From Polyangia bacterium (GTDB lineage: Bacteria > Myxococcota_A > Polyangia > Fen-1088), in NCBI GenBank assembly GCA_036268875.1, contig DATATI010000074.1, positions 133,886 to 197,885 on the forward strand: a stretch of DNA of 64,000 nt, in the 5' to 3' direction. Positions 50,559 to 64,000 of this stretch are shown here, in pieces (the stretch's first letter is position 1; each line of letters opens with the position of its first letter). Both the position numbers and the translations under genes were made by a program. The notes under the pieces were generated by a model. It had not been told where the DNA came from, made no database searches, and saw only the letters and a list, made by a program, of their open reading frames with translations.

Positions 50559-51557
50559 GTGATCAAAAGAGCAGCGGGAATTTCTTCATTGGCCTTGCTG
50601 GCCGCTCTGGCCGCTGCCTGCGGCAGCAGCGGCGGAACAGCGGCCGGCAGCGGCGGGCAAAACGGCAACGGCGGCAGCGGCGGGAGCGGCGGGACCGTCG
50701 GCACGGGCGGCGCCGGCACGGGCGGCGCTGGCACGGGCGGCAGCGGCAGCGGCGGAGCGGGCGGGCAGGGCGCGCTCGATGATGGCGGCGCATCCGGCGG
50801 CGCGGGCGCCACGGACGCCGCCTCCGACAGCCCCGGCGCCGCCGACGACAAACCGATCCCCCTCGGTCATTTCAGCTTCTTCGTGACCAGCCTCGAGACC
50901 ATGCGCCGTCTTTCGAAGAGCCAAAACGGGTTCGGCGGCGACCTTCGTTACGGCCAGACCGACGGCCTCACCGGCGCCGACAAAATCTGCACCGACACCG
51001 CCGACTTCGTGGCCCCGGGCGCGGGCGCCAAGGGCTGGCACGCGTTCTTGTCGGTGACGCAGGGTCCGGGCGGCGGTTCCGTCAACGCCATCGATCGCAT
51101 CGGCGCAGGGCCTTGGTACGATCGGCTGGGACGTTTACTGGCGATGAACAAGGCGGCACTGCTGGGCCAGCGGCCAACCGGCGCCGACGCCATCATCATC
51201 AACGATCTGCCGAACGAATACGGCGTCCCCAATCATCGGCCCGATCCGGCCATGCCCGAAGTGGACAATCACCACGTGCTGACCGGCTCGGATGCCATGG
51301 GGCGGCTTTATACCGGCGCTGGCCTCGACAGCACGTGTAAGAACTGGACCAGCGCCGCGCACGACAGCACCAGCCGACCGCGAATCGGATTCTCCTGGCC
51401 CGAAGACACGCGCATTAACTGGATCTCCGGCCAGGACGAAGGCGGATGCGGCGCCGGCGTCAACCTCATCCAGACCGGCGGGTCGACGACTGCCAACCCG
51501 ATCGTCGGCTCCGGCGGCGGCTACGGATCGATCTACTGCTTCGCGATGGTGCCGTAG
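50559..51557 (+). CDS. Lipoprotein with Gly/Ser/Thr-rich linker and C-terminal globular domain of unknown function
   Basis: GTG start. Lipobox (ALLAALAAAC). GGSGGSGGTVGTGGAGTGG repeats. Conserved-looking C-terminal domain with Cys pairs. Confidence 0.6.
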   Translation: MIKRAAGISSLALLAALAAACGSSGGTAAGSGGQNGNGGSGGSGGTVGTGGAGTGGAGTGGSGSGGAGGQGALDDGGASGGAGATDAASDSPGAADDKPIPLGHFSFFVTSLETMRRLSKSQNGFGGDLRYGQTDGLTGADKICTDTADFVAPGAGAKGWHAFLSVTQGPGGGSVNAIDRIGAGPWYDRLGRLLAMNKAALLGQRPTGADAIIINDLPNEYGVPNHRPDPAMPEVDNHHVLTGSDAMGRLYTGAGLDSTCKNWTSAAHDSTSRPRIGFSWPEDTRINWISGQDEGGCGAGVNLIQTGGSTTANPIVGSGGGYGSIYCFAMVP

Positions 51558-51610
51558 TCTCCGACGGAGTCTACCTCCATTGACCTTGACGACGGGGGGC
51601 GGCCCGGCGG

Positions 51611-52066
51611 ATGATCGCGGGCGTGTTTTCTATCTCTGATGTCCGTTCTGCGCGCAAAGAACCACTGCTGAGAATCATCGGCCTGGCCTTCGCCGTGCTC
51701 CTCGTCGGCTGCATCAACGTCGACAACATCTGCCCGCACAAGCCGATCACCCAGGGCGTGTTCGGGGAGATCTTGGATTCGAGTGGAAAACTTGAACAGA
51801 ACGTGAAGGTCGACATCTTCTCGATGCTGAACGGAATGAAGGACATGATGTTCGGCAGCGTCCAGACCTCCCGCGGCGGATACCAGTTCATCGCCAACCC
51901 GTCGGACTATTTTGTGTGCGCGAAAACCGTTTGCTCGACCATCACGGTTCCGACGGGCCTCGTCGAACTCTCGGCGACCGACGACGCCAACGCCGGCCTG
52001 ACCTGGAACGCGCCCGTGGCGGTTCCGCCGGCGCAGTCGATCGGGCCCTGCAAGTTCGGCGAGTAG
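51611..52066 (+). CDS. Hypothetical lipoprotein (lower GC than neighbours)
   Basis: Lipobox (VLLVGC). 151 aa. Noticeably lower GC and more AT-ending codons than the flanking genes. Confidence 0.5.
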   Translation: MIAGVFSISDVRSARKEPLLRIIGLAFAVLLVGCINVDNICPHKPITQGVFGEILDSSGKLEQNVKVDIFSMLNGMKDMMFGSVQTSRGGYQFIANPSDYFVCAKTVCSTITVPTGLVELSATDDANAGLTWNAPVAVPPAQSIGPCKFGE

Positions 52067-52321
52067 TCCCGGCCGCGCGATGGCCACGGCCAGATAGGGA
52101 CGTGCCCCTGTTCGGTCAGCGACTGGGCGTTCCGGAACCGGAAATTGCTGCGCGCGCCGCTCGCTGGCTGGAAAATTTTTCGTGGCCAGGCAATGTCCGG
52201 CGGCTGGGCGGCGCGGATCTTGAAAACTGGCCACAGCACCTTGTGGCGCAAACTGGCCCATACCGGTGAATGACGGCGCCGGCTCCACAGGCATGGTCCT
52301 TGCTGTTTAGTCGGGGGGTCG

Positions 52322-53083
52322 ATGAAGCATCAGCTGCATTCCCATCCCAGGGTGAAGATCAGCCGCCTGTGCCGCTGGACGGTTTTCGTGGCTTTCGCCA
52401 CCCTGGCCGGGTGCGGGGGAGCGCCATCGTCGGCTGACGATCACTGCCCGTCTGCGCCCGGCGTCTCTGGCTCGCCCGGCAGCATCGCCGAGGCGGTGGC
52501 GATGGCCAACGCCCTCTATGCCGCGCGCATTCACGACGACGATCCGCTGACCTTGCCTTGTTTCGTTCAGCGCCTGGCTCGGCCTTTGTCGACGGTTGCA
52601 GTGACTGGCCAGATCAGCTTGCAGCCGGCAGACGGCGCGCGCAGCCCGCGTATTTTTCTCTTCAGCGGATCGCTGGTGATGTCGGTGGCGCCCTCCGGCG
52701 CCGGCAATCCGTTTCTCGAATTGGCCGAATACACGACATCGCCGACCCGATCGATCAAAGCGCAGATGGAATTCCCGCTGACCGCGCCGCTGCCGCTGGC
52801 CGACCCGTACGACTCCATCCGCGAGAAAGCCGGCACCGTCTGCGGCGGCTGCCACCGGGACGAGGTGCAGTCGACGTCGGTAACCTTCACCCAGGGCTTC
52901 GAGTCCAGCGTCTTTCGACCGCTGCCATCGGAGCAGGTTCCGTTGCTGTATCTGCAAGATCAGACGCGCACCTGCGATCCGAAAGCGGAGCCTGCGCGCT
53001 GCGAGATGTTGGACGCCGTCTACAATCACGGCAACGTCACCGTCGGTTCCTTCTCACCCGACGCCGAAACCATCTACGACTGA
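52322..53083 (+). CDS. Lipoprotein with single CXXCH motif (possible c-type haem-binding protein)
   Basis: Lipobox (FATLAGC). CGGCH motif (GTVCGGCHRDE). 253 aa. Confidence 0.55.
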   Translation: MKHQLHSHPRVKISRLCRWTVFVAFATLAGCGGAPSSADDHCPSAPGVSGSPGSIAEAVAMANALYAARIHDDDPLTLPCFVQRLARPLSTVAVTGQISLQPADGARSPRIFLFSGSLVMSVAPSGAGNPFLELAEYTTSPTRSIKAQMEFPLTAPLPLADPYDSIREKAGTVCGGCHRDEVQSTSVTFTQGFESSVFRPLPSEQVPLLYLQDQTRTCDPKAEPARCEMLDAVYNHGNVTVGSFSPDAETIYD

Positions 53084-53128
53084 CCATCACGAGTCGGCAG
53101 GACGGCTTTTCATGCGTACAATTGGCTC

Positions 53129-53899
53129 ATGGGAATCGTGCTCAAGAGCGAGAGGGAGCTGGCGAAGATGCGGGAGGCGGGACTCATCGTGAGGGCCGTG
53201 CTCGACGCGGTCGAGGAGGCCTGCCTGCCCGGGGTAACCACCGCGCAGTTGAACGCGATCGCCGAGCGCGAGCTGCGGCGGGCGAAGGCGACCTCGGCGT
53301 TCCTTGGCTACGCTCCGGGCGGAGCGCCGCCGTATCCGGCGGTGCTCTGCACCTCGGTGAACGCGGTGGTCGTTCACGGTATCCCGGATCGGCGTCAGGT
53401 GCTGCGGGAAGGGGACGTGGTCGGGATCGACTTCGCCTGTTACAAGGATGGCTACTGCGCGGACGCGGCTCGCACGGTCGCGGTCGGAATCATCAGCGCG
53501 CCAGCCCGCGCGCTCATCTCGGCCACCCAGGAATGCCTCGAGCGCGCGATTCGCGCCTGCGTTGCGGGCGCGCGGCTCGGCGACGTGGGCGCCGCGATCC
53601 AAGAGCACGCCGAGAAGCTCAGCTATTCGATCGTCCGCGACTTCGTGGGGCACGGCATCGGCCGCGCCATGCACGAGCCACCGAGCGTGCCGAACCATGG
53701 CCGCGAAGGCTCGGGGCTTCGGCTGCGGCCGGGGATGGTGCTGGCGATCGAGCCCATGCTGAACGCCGGCGGCGCCGACGTTCGTATGCTCCACGACGGC
53801 TGGACGGTCGTCACTGCGGACGCAAGCCTGTCGGCGCACGTCGAGCACACGGTGGCGGTGACCGACGACGGGCCGCGAGTGCTCACGGCCGCCGCCTGA
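53129..53899 (+). CDS. map: Type I methionine aminopeptidase
   Basis: Metal ligands in context (DVVGIDFACYKDGYCADAARTV, HGIGRAMHE, LAIEPM). 256 aa. Codon usage is atypical for the window (CTC, AGG). Confidence 0.88.
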   Translation: MGIVLKSERELAKMREAGLIVRAVLDAVEEACLPGVTTAQLNAIAERELRRAKATSAFLGYAPGGAPPYPAVLCTSVNAVVVHGIPDRRQVLREGDVVGIDFACYKDGYCADAARTVAVGIISAPARALISATQECLERAIRACVAGARLGDVGAAIQEHAEKLSYSIVRDFVGHGIGRAMHEPPSVPNHGREGSGLRLRPGMVLAIEPMLNAGGADVRMLHDGWTVVTADASLSAHVEHTVAVTDDGPRVLTAAA

Positions 53900-54104
53900 A
53901 TCCTGACGCCGCAGCGAAAGCGCGGCGTCAGGTGACGGAGGTATCACCAAGGCCCGGGAACGGCGTGGTTGACAGTTATGTGGCCTTCCTGGGCCTCCGT
54001 CCCTGATCCGGCGCTGATGGAGCGCGATGTCCGTTGAATCGCGCAGCGCGCGTGCGCCTCTTCGCAGGTGTTGATGGACAAGCTCGGCGCGAGCTTCGAG
54101 CCGT

Positions 54105-54155
54105 AAAACTACCATTTACTATCGACTGTGTAGTTACTATAACTCGAATAGTGAC
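54105..54155. promoter_or_regulatory. AT-rich operator-like region with ACTAT/ATAGT inverted repeats upstream of or overlapping the hxlR start
   Basis: TTACTATCGACTGTGTAGTTACTATAACTCGAATAGTGA contains the direct repeat TTACTAT twice. Inverted repeats ACTAT...ATAGT and AGTTA-CTA-TAACT. Sharply AT-rich against a GC-rich background. Confidence 0.4.
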
Positions 54156-54471
54156 CCCTCCGAAGAGCACCGAGCCGTGCCCTGTTGCGCGCACGCTCGA
54201 CATCATGGGCGACCGCTGGACGATCCTTATTCTGCGTGAACTGCTGACGAACCCGTCGCGCCGCTTCCAAGATCTCGAGAGGTCCCTCCGCGGCATCAGC
54301 CCGAACACTCTCTCGGCGCGGCTGAAGAACCTCGAGGAGCACGCGATCGTCACGCGTCGTCTTTACGAGGAGCACCCTCCGCGCGCCGAGTACGTCCTCA
54401 CGCGGAAGGGGCGCGACCTCGGTCCGGCCCTCCAGGCGCTCCTCGTCTGGGGACGAAAGCACACGGGTTGA
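54151..54471 (+). CDS. HxlR-family (MarR-like) transcriptional regulator
   Basis: CPVARTLDIMGDRWTILILRELL is the HxlR signature. The GTG at 54151 gives about 107 aa, typical for the family. An alternative ATG at 54034 adds a domain-less 39 aa. Confidence 0.7.
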   Translation: MTPPKSTEPCPVARTLDIMGDRWTILILRELLTNPSRRFQDLERSLRGISPNTLSARLKNLEEHAIVTRRLYEEHPPRAEYVLTRKGRDLGPALQALLVWGRKHTG

Positions 54472-54474
54472 GCC

Positions 54475-56016
54475 GTGGGCACGCCTGCTCGCGCCGGCTC
54501 CGTCTCCGCCGCCCGGGCGGTGCGCGTCGCCTTCGGGTGCGCGCTCTCGGCGCTGAGCGCGGGGATGCTCACGCTCGCTTTCGCGCCGCATCGCGCGTGG
54601 TACCTCGTGTGGATCGGCTTCGTGCCGATGCTCGTCGCGCAGCATCGCGTCCTGCCCGGGCGTCTATCGGCGCTCGCACCCGGTATCGCCGTCGGAGGCT
54701 TCGTCGCCGGGTGCTTCGGCGGCGTCTTCCCCGAGAGGGCGGGCTGGTACATGAAGCAGCTTCCGCTGCTGGTGGGCCTGATCACAACGCTCTCGAGCCT
54801 CGGCGGACCTGCGGATCGCGCACGCGCGGGCTATGGGTACTGGCCGCTGCAGGGAGCGATTGGTTGGGTCGCCGTCGAGCTCGTGCGCTCGCTCATCCCC
54901 GCGCTCGGGACCTGGGGCTTCCTCGGCTACGCGCTCTACAGGCAGACCTGGCTCCTGCAGCCGGTCGCGATCTTCGGCACGTTCGGGCTCGACCTTCTCG
55001 TCGTGCTCGTGAGCTACGCGCTCGCCCTCCTGCTCTTCGCGTGGCTCGATCGACGGAGAGGTCGCGACGGCCGTCCGGGAGAAGGAGAAGGCGCGTTCGT
55101 CCCGATGCCGCTCGCCGTGCGTTGGTGTGCGGGCGTCGCCGCCGCGTGCGTGCTGTGGGGATCGCTAAGCGTCGCCATGCTTCCGCGCGGCGCGGGCGCG
55201 CCCACGGTGCGGGTCGCGGCGCTGCAACCCGGCTATCGATGGAAGCGGAACGTCCACTCGCGAGAGGAGCGCGATCGCGCGATCCTCGAGGCGCTCACCG
55301 ATCAGACCCGGCGCGCCGCCGCGCAAGGGGCGCGATTTATCGTCTGGCCCGAGTCGGCGCTGCACGCCGATCCTCGGATCGTCTATCGCGAGCCGCTCGC
55401 TGCGCTCGCGAAGGAGGTCGGCGCCTATCTCTTCGTCGGCTACTTGGTCGAGACGCCCGCGGGTCGTCGCAACGAGGTCGTCACCATCGCCCCCGACGGC
55501 GCGTTCCTCGGCATCTACGGCAAGGATCACCCGGTCAGCTTCCTCGGCGGGACGAGCATCACGCGAGGGACCTACCCCACGTACGCGACGCCGTTCGGCG
55601 TGGTCGGCGCCGTGATCTGCGCCGACATCGACTTCACCGACACGCCGCGCAAGCTCGCGCGCAACGGCGCGAAGATCCTCTTCGTCCCGTCGGCGGACTG
55701 GCCCGAGATCTCGACCAAGCACTACGTCCTCGCGGTCTTCCGCGCGCTCGAGACGGGTTCCGCGGTCGTGAAGTCCGAGTATGGACGCGACTCCGCCCTC
55801 GTTGACGGCTATGGAGCGATGCTCGCGAGCGTCGTCACGCCCGGGGGGAGCGAGGCCGTGCTCGTCGCCGACGTCGCCGCTCGACCGGGCCTGCCGCTCG
55901 CCGCGCGCTGGGGGGACTGGGTGGGTTGGCTGTGCGTGGCTGCGCTCGTCGTGCGCAGGCTCGCGCGGCTGCGGGGTCGCGGGACGCCGAAGCTTCAGAG
56001 CAGGGCTGACCCGTGA
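54475..56016 (+). CDS. lnt: Apolipoprotein N-acyltransferase (Lnt)-like protein: N-terminal polytopic membrane domain plus carbon-nitrogen hydrolase domain
   Basis: Several N-terminal TM helices. CN-hydrolase E-K-C triad in context (FIVWPESAL; YGKDHPV; VGAVICADIDF). C-terminal TM. The start is 3 nt after the hxlR stop. Confidence 0.75.
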   Translation: MGTPARAGSVSAARAVRVAFGCALSALSAGMLTLAFAPHRAWYLVWIGFVPMLVAQHRVLPGRLSALAPGIAVGGFVAGCFGGVFPERAGWYMKQLPLLVGLITTLSSLGGPADRARAGYGYWPLQGAIGWVAVELVRSLIPALGTWGFLGYALYRQTWLLQPVAIFGTFGLDLLVVLVSYALALLLFAWLDRRRGRDGRPGEGEGAFVPMPLAVRWCAGVAAACVLWGSLSVAMLPRGAGAPTVRVAALQPGYRWKRNVHSREERDRAILEALTDQTRRAAAQGARFIVWPESALHADPRIVYREPLAALAKEVGAYLFVGYLVETPAGRRNEVVTIAPDGAFLGIYGKDHPVSFLGGTSITRGTYPTYATPFGVVGAVICADIDFTDTPRKLARNGAKILFVPSADWPEISTKHYVLAVFRALETGSAVVKSEYGRDSALVDGYGAMLASVVTPGGSEAVLVADVAARPGLPLAARWGDWVGWLCVAALVVRRLARLRGRGTPKLQSRADP

Positions 56017-56228
56017 CCGTGCCGCCGATTGGCTCCCGGACTGCCAACCTGCGCCTCCGCGAAAAAGCCACGTAGTTGACATAATATATCTTATCGGACA
56101 TCCGGTTGTAGGCGCAAAGCAGCGACGATGCCACCAAGAGTGAAAATACCGGGCGAAGTTGGGTCATAATTTTTGCTTATCTGAACTGATGATCGAATCA
56201 ATTAGACTAATCTCGCGCTCGCACCTAG

Positions 56229-58013
<1,785 letters not shown>

Positions 58014-58262
58014 ACTGAGGCACCTCGAATGGCGCCGGATCGCGAACGACCAGCGCCAGCGTCTTCGGTTTGGTTGCGCGCAAGGCCCCCTCGTCCAGAA
58101 ACAACGGACGAGCGCATCCCAGCACCAGTACGGCCACTACCACCATTTTTGATTCTGATCGCATCGAAGCGCCATTGTCTCGGATCGCCGTCTCGGCTGA
58201 CAAGGACTCCGAGTTCGCACTAGCCTCGCCATCGACGCGCCGGTCCTGCCCGAGCTGGTTCA

Positions 58263-60141
<1,879 letters not shown>

Positions 60142-60185
60142 GACTCTGCCTTCTTTATAAGTGGGAGGTGGCGGTCAGGGCAGGT

Positions 60186-61037
60186 ATGGCGAATCGACGG
60201 CGCCGACCTACATTCAGGACGGAAGGGGCCCGGTCCTACAGCGTGAAACAGGCGGCTCGACACGGTGACTCCCAGTTCGCCATCAATTGGGAGATCTATC
60301 ATTCGCCTGGGATCGACCGTCACTACACGGCGACCACTCTCAGTCGTGCCGAAACGGTGGTTCTGCTGCGATATCAACCCCGCTTTGCTGATCGCGATGT
60401 CCTCGATCTCGGAGTCGGAACCGGCAGGACCATTGCCTACCTGAAACCGCTGGCACGACGCTATGTCTGTCTCGATTACTCCCGTCCGATGGTCGATCAC
60501 GTTCGCAGCAATCACCCTGATGTGGACGTCCGATGGGCCGACATGCGCGATCTGTCGCCGTGGCGCGCGGACGCCTTCGACTTTGTCTTCGCCACCAGCA
60601 ACGTGCTGGATGCGGTGTCTCACCGCGACCGCTTGAAGGTGCTCAGTGAAGTTCGTCGCGTGCTCACCGCCGACGGCGTTTTCGTCTTCTCTTCCCACAA
60701 TCGTGCCTTTCGCCAGGCTGGGCGCGGCCCCCAGATGGAATACTCGCGCAATCCGATCACGCAGGTTCTCCTGGTGGGACGCTATTTGCGCTGCTGGGCC
60801 AACCACCGGCGAACCGTGGAGGGTTGTTGTCAGAGGGACGACTACGCTCTATTTGATGATCCGGGACACGACTTCGGACTGATTCATTACTACATAACCA
60901 GCGCACATCAGACCGCGCAGCTTGATGCCGCCGGGTTTCAGCTGCTTGATGTGGTCGACGGCGAAGGCCGCAGCATTCGCGCCGGTGAGGACGGCTCGGC
61001 CAGCCCCAGCCTGATGTACGTCGCCCGTCGGAGATGA
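60186..61037 (+). CDS. Class I SAM-dependent methyltransferase
   Basis: SAM motif I (VLDLGVGTGRTIAYL). Motifs II/III (VDVRWADMRDL, FDFVFATSNVLDAV). The ATG at 60186 is in frame with ORF 59919.. Lower GC3 than the window average. Confidence 0.75.
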   Translation: MANRRRRPTFRTEGARSYSVKQAARHGDSQFAINWEIYHSPGIDRHYTATTLSRAETVVLLRYQPRFADRDVLDLGVGTGRTIAYLKPLARRYVCLDYSRPMVDHVRSNHPDVDVRWADMRDLSPWRADAFDFVFATSNVLDAVSHRDRLKVLSEVRRVLTADGVFVFSSHNRAFRQAGRGPQMEYSRNPITQVLLVGRYLRCWANHRRTVEGCCQRDDYALFDDPGHDFGLIHYYITSAHQTAQLDAAGFQLLDVVDGEGRSIRAGEDGSASPSLMYVARRR

Positions 61038-61077
61038 ACGGTCTGGCCGGGCGCGCCTGATCCGCCGTTCAAACTGA

Positions 61078-61806
61078 TCAGGCGGATTTCTCGTTCACCT
61101 GCGCCCGCAGCTTCCAGACCAGGGTCAGCGCCTCGAAGAAGATCGATCCGGCCATCTTGGAGTTGCCGACCCGCCGATCGATGAAACGGATCGGAAGCTC
61201 GACGACGCGCAGGCCGGCTTGCACCGTCCGGTAGGTCATCTCGATCTGAAACCCATAGCCCTTGGCGCTGATCGAATCCAGATCCAGCCGCGCCAGCGTC
61301 GGCAGCTTCCAGGCCTTGAAACCGGCGGTCAGATCGCGCACGCCGATGCCCAGCACCATGCGCGCATAAAATCCCCCGCCCCGGCTGATGAGCTGCCGAC
61401 CGAGGCCCCAGTTCTGCGTGCCGCCACCCGACACATACCGAGAGCCAATGGCCAGGTCGGCGCCGTGGTCCAGGGTGGTCAGCAGGCGCGGCACGTCCTT
61501 CGGATCGTGCGAGAAATCAGCGTCCATCTGCACCACCCGCCGCCAGCGCCCGCCCGGCGCCAGCGCCAGTCGAAACGCCGCCAGGTACGCGGCCCCCAGA
61601 CCCTCCTTCCCGGCGCGGTGGAGAACCTGCACCTGGGCGTCGCGCGCCGCCAGCTCATCGGCCAGGGCGCCGGTGCCGTCGGGCGAGTTGTCGTCGACCA
61701 CCAGCACCGTCGCTGCCGGCACCACCGCCCGCACGGCGGGGACGATGGCGGGCAAGCACTCGCGCTCGTTGTAGGTGGGGATGACGATCAGCGTGTCGGC
61801 AGACAT
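61078..61806 (-). CDS. Polyprenol-phosphate / dolichyl-phosphate mannosyltransferase (GT2, Ppm1/DPM1-like)
   Basis: LIVIPTYNERECL. DxD (VVDDNSPDG, QMDADFSHDP). The start at 61806 gives 242 aa. Clear GT2 family signature. Confidence 0.85.
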   Translation of the reverse strand: MSADTLIVIPTYNERECLPAIVPAVRAVVPAATVLVVDDNSPDGTGALADELAARDAQVQVLHRAGKEGLGAAYLAAFRLALAPGGRWRRVVQMDADFSHDPKDVPRLLTTLDHGADLAIGSRYVSGGGTQNWGLGRQLISRGGGFYARMVLGIGVRDLTAGFKAWKLPTLARLDLDSISAKGYGFQIEMTYRTVQAGLRVVELPIRFIDRRVGNSKMAGSIFFEALTLVWKLRAQVNEKSA

Positions 61807-61947
61807 GAGGACGTGCAGGGGTTTATACACGACAGCGGCGCAGGGCGATCCGCGATGTGCAGCGGCGGTGACCAACGGTCGATCGCGACGTCGCGCCAAC
61901 GGGCGCATTGCGGCACCAAATGGTCAAGGTATTCGCGACATCGGTCG

Positions 61948-63066
<1,119 letters not shown>

Positions 63067-63074
63067 GGCCGCCG

Positions 63075-64000
63075 ATGCCGGCGCTCCCTCTCCCGCTTCC
63101 TGAAGCGACGCCGGCCCCGGCCCAGACAGTAAGCCCCGCGTCGGCGGGCGAGATTGTCTCAGCCGATCCCACCAAGACCGCCGCCGTCGGTCCGCGCGAG
63201 GCCACGGTGCGGGCCATCATCGTGGGCAGCGGGATCGGCGTGGTGCTGGCCGCCGGCAACGTCTACATGGGACTGAAGACCGCGTTCATCGACGGAGGCA
63301 GCATCACCGCGGCGCTGCTCAGCTTCACGCTCTTCAGCACGTTCAAGCAGCTCTCGCGCCACCGGCCTTACACGGCGCTGGAGAACAACATCACCCAGAC
63401 CACCGCTTCGTCGGCGGCGATCATGGCGTTCGTGGTCGGCGTCAGCGCGCCCATCCCGGCGCTGTCGCTGATGGGCCGGCAATTTCCGGCCTGGGCTTTG
63501 TGCGCGTGGGGCATCGGCGTCGCGCTGATGGGGATCCTCATCGCGGCGATGCTGCGGCGCAAGCTGGTGATCGTCGAAGGGCTGCCGTTTCCCACCGGCG
63601 CCGCCACCGCCGAGGTCATCGAGACCATGTACGTCGGTCGCGAGACGGCGCTGCTGCGCGCGCGATTGCTGTTGCTGTCCGCGTTGATCGGCGCCGGCGT
63701 GACCTGGTTTCGCGACGGCCATCCGGCGATCATTCCGGGCGCCACCATGCTGCCGGGTACGATCCTGGGCATCTCGGCGGCCAGCCTGACGCTGGGGATC
63801 AACTGGAGCCCGCTGATGGCGTCGACGGGCATGTTCATCGGCCTGCGCAACGCGCTCAGCTTGGGATTGGGAGCGATCATCACCTGGGCGCTGATCGCGC
63901 CGCGCCTGGTGGCGGCGGGGATCATCCAGGGCGGCGGCTACGGCGCGTTCGTTTCGTGGCTGGTGTGGCCGGGCCTGGGGTTGATGACGTCCAGCACGCT
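63075..64000 (+). CDS. OPT-family oligopeptide transporter (5' part; continues beyond window)
   Basis: OPT signature (AAGNVYMGLKTAFIDGGSITAALLSF...ENNITQTTASSAAIMAF). No stop before the window end. Polytopic. Confidence 0.7.
   Translation, partial: MPALPLPLPEATPAPAQTVSPASAGEIVSADPTKTAAVGPREATVRAIIVGSGIGVVLAAGNVYMGLKTAFIDGGSITAALLSFTLFSTFKQLSRHRPYTALENNITQTTASSAAIMAFVVGVSAPIPALSLMGRQFPAWALCAWGIGVALMGILIAAMLRRKLVIVEGLPFPTGAATAEVIETMYVGRETALLRARLLLLSALIGAGVTWFRDGHPAIIPGATMLPGTILGISAASLTLGINWSPLMASTGMFIGLRNALSLGLGAIITWALIAPRLVAAGIIQGGGYGAFVSWLVWPGLGLMTSST

Noticed and set aside
52220-52250. Sigma-54-like TGGCCA-N7-TTGT sequence upstream of the CXXCH lipoprotein gene
   Set aside because: Spacing and conserved GG/GC positions do not fit the -24/-12 consensus (TGGCAC-N5-TTGC).
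56185-56200. tRNA-like T-loop string GATCGAATCA upstream of leuA
   Set aside because: There are no flanking acceptor or T-stem complementarities and no anticodon-arm structure. It was judged a fortuitous match in an AT-rich leader.

Overview
This is a very GC-rich bacterial chromosomal segment, with GC-ending codons dominating third positions. I annotated about 50 protein-coding genes on both strands; the window is densely coding throughout. The gene content points to Myxococcota or a related deltaproteobacterial lineage, as inference: many lipoproteins, Cys-rich and YVTN-like beta-propeller exported proteins, a Zn-ribbon Ser/Thr pseudokinase with a histone-like tail, and PilZ and HAMP proteins.

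The housekeeping backbone is clear:
- recO, glyQS and ppdK
- a bamA and tamB-like pair
- polA
- yicC-gmk-relA/spoT
- tmk, map and leuA
- an Ada-AlkA fusion with ogt

Between these lie lineage-specific exported and membrane proteins and several degenerate signalling proteins.

I could not recognise any rRNA, tRNA, CRISPR array or IS/transposase gene.

The most unusual part is the interval of roughly 53.1 to 61.0 kb:
- Codon usage shifts from CTG to CTC for leucine, with AGG arginine codons and one low-GC3 gene.
- Two intergenic stretches are AT-rich.
- It holds an HxlR-lnt pair, an actinobacterial-type long-form leuA, a LysR gene with no canonical start, and an FAD-monooxygenase pseudogene that is frameshifted in a G5 run and 3'-truncated.
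- Read together this looks like a mosaic, probably horizontally acquired, accessory region.

Other points worth a second look:
- An ATGA-coupled pair of large exported beta-propeller and Cys-rich proteins.
- A perfect palindrome, CCTACATGTAGG, seen in two unrelated intergenic regions.
- A lysine-rich N-terminal extension on PPDK.
- A degenerate REC-HK / HEAT / HAMP gene trio.

Many long antisense shadow ORFs in the six-frame track are high-GC artefacts and were rejected.
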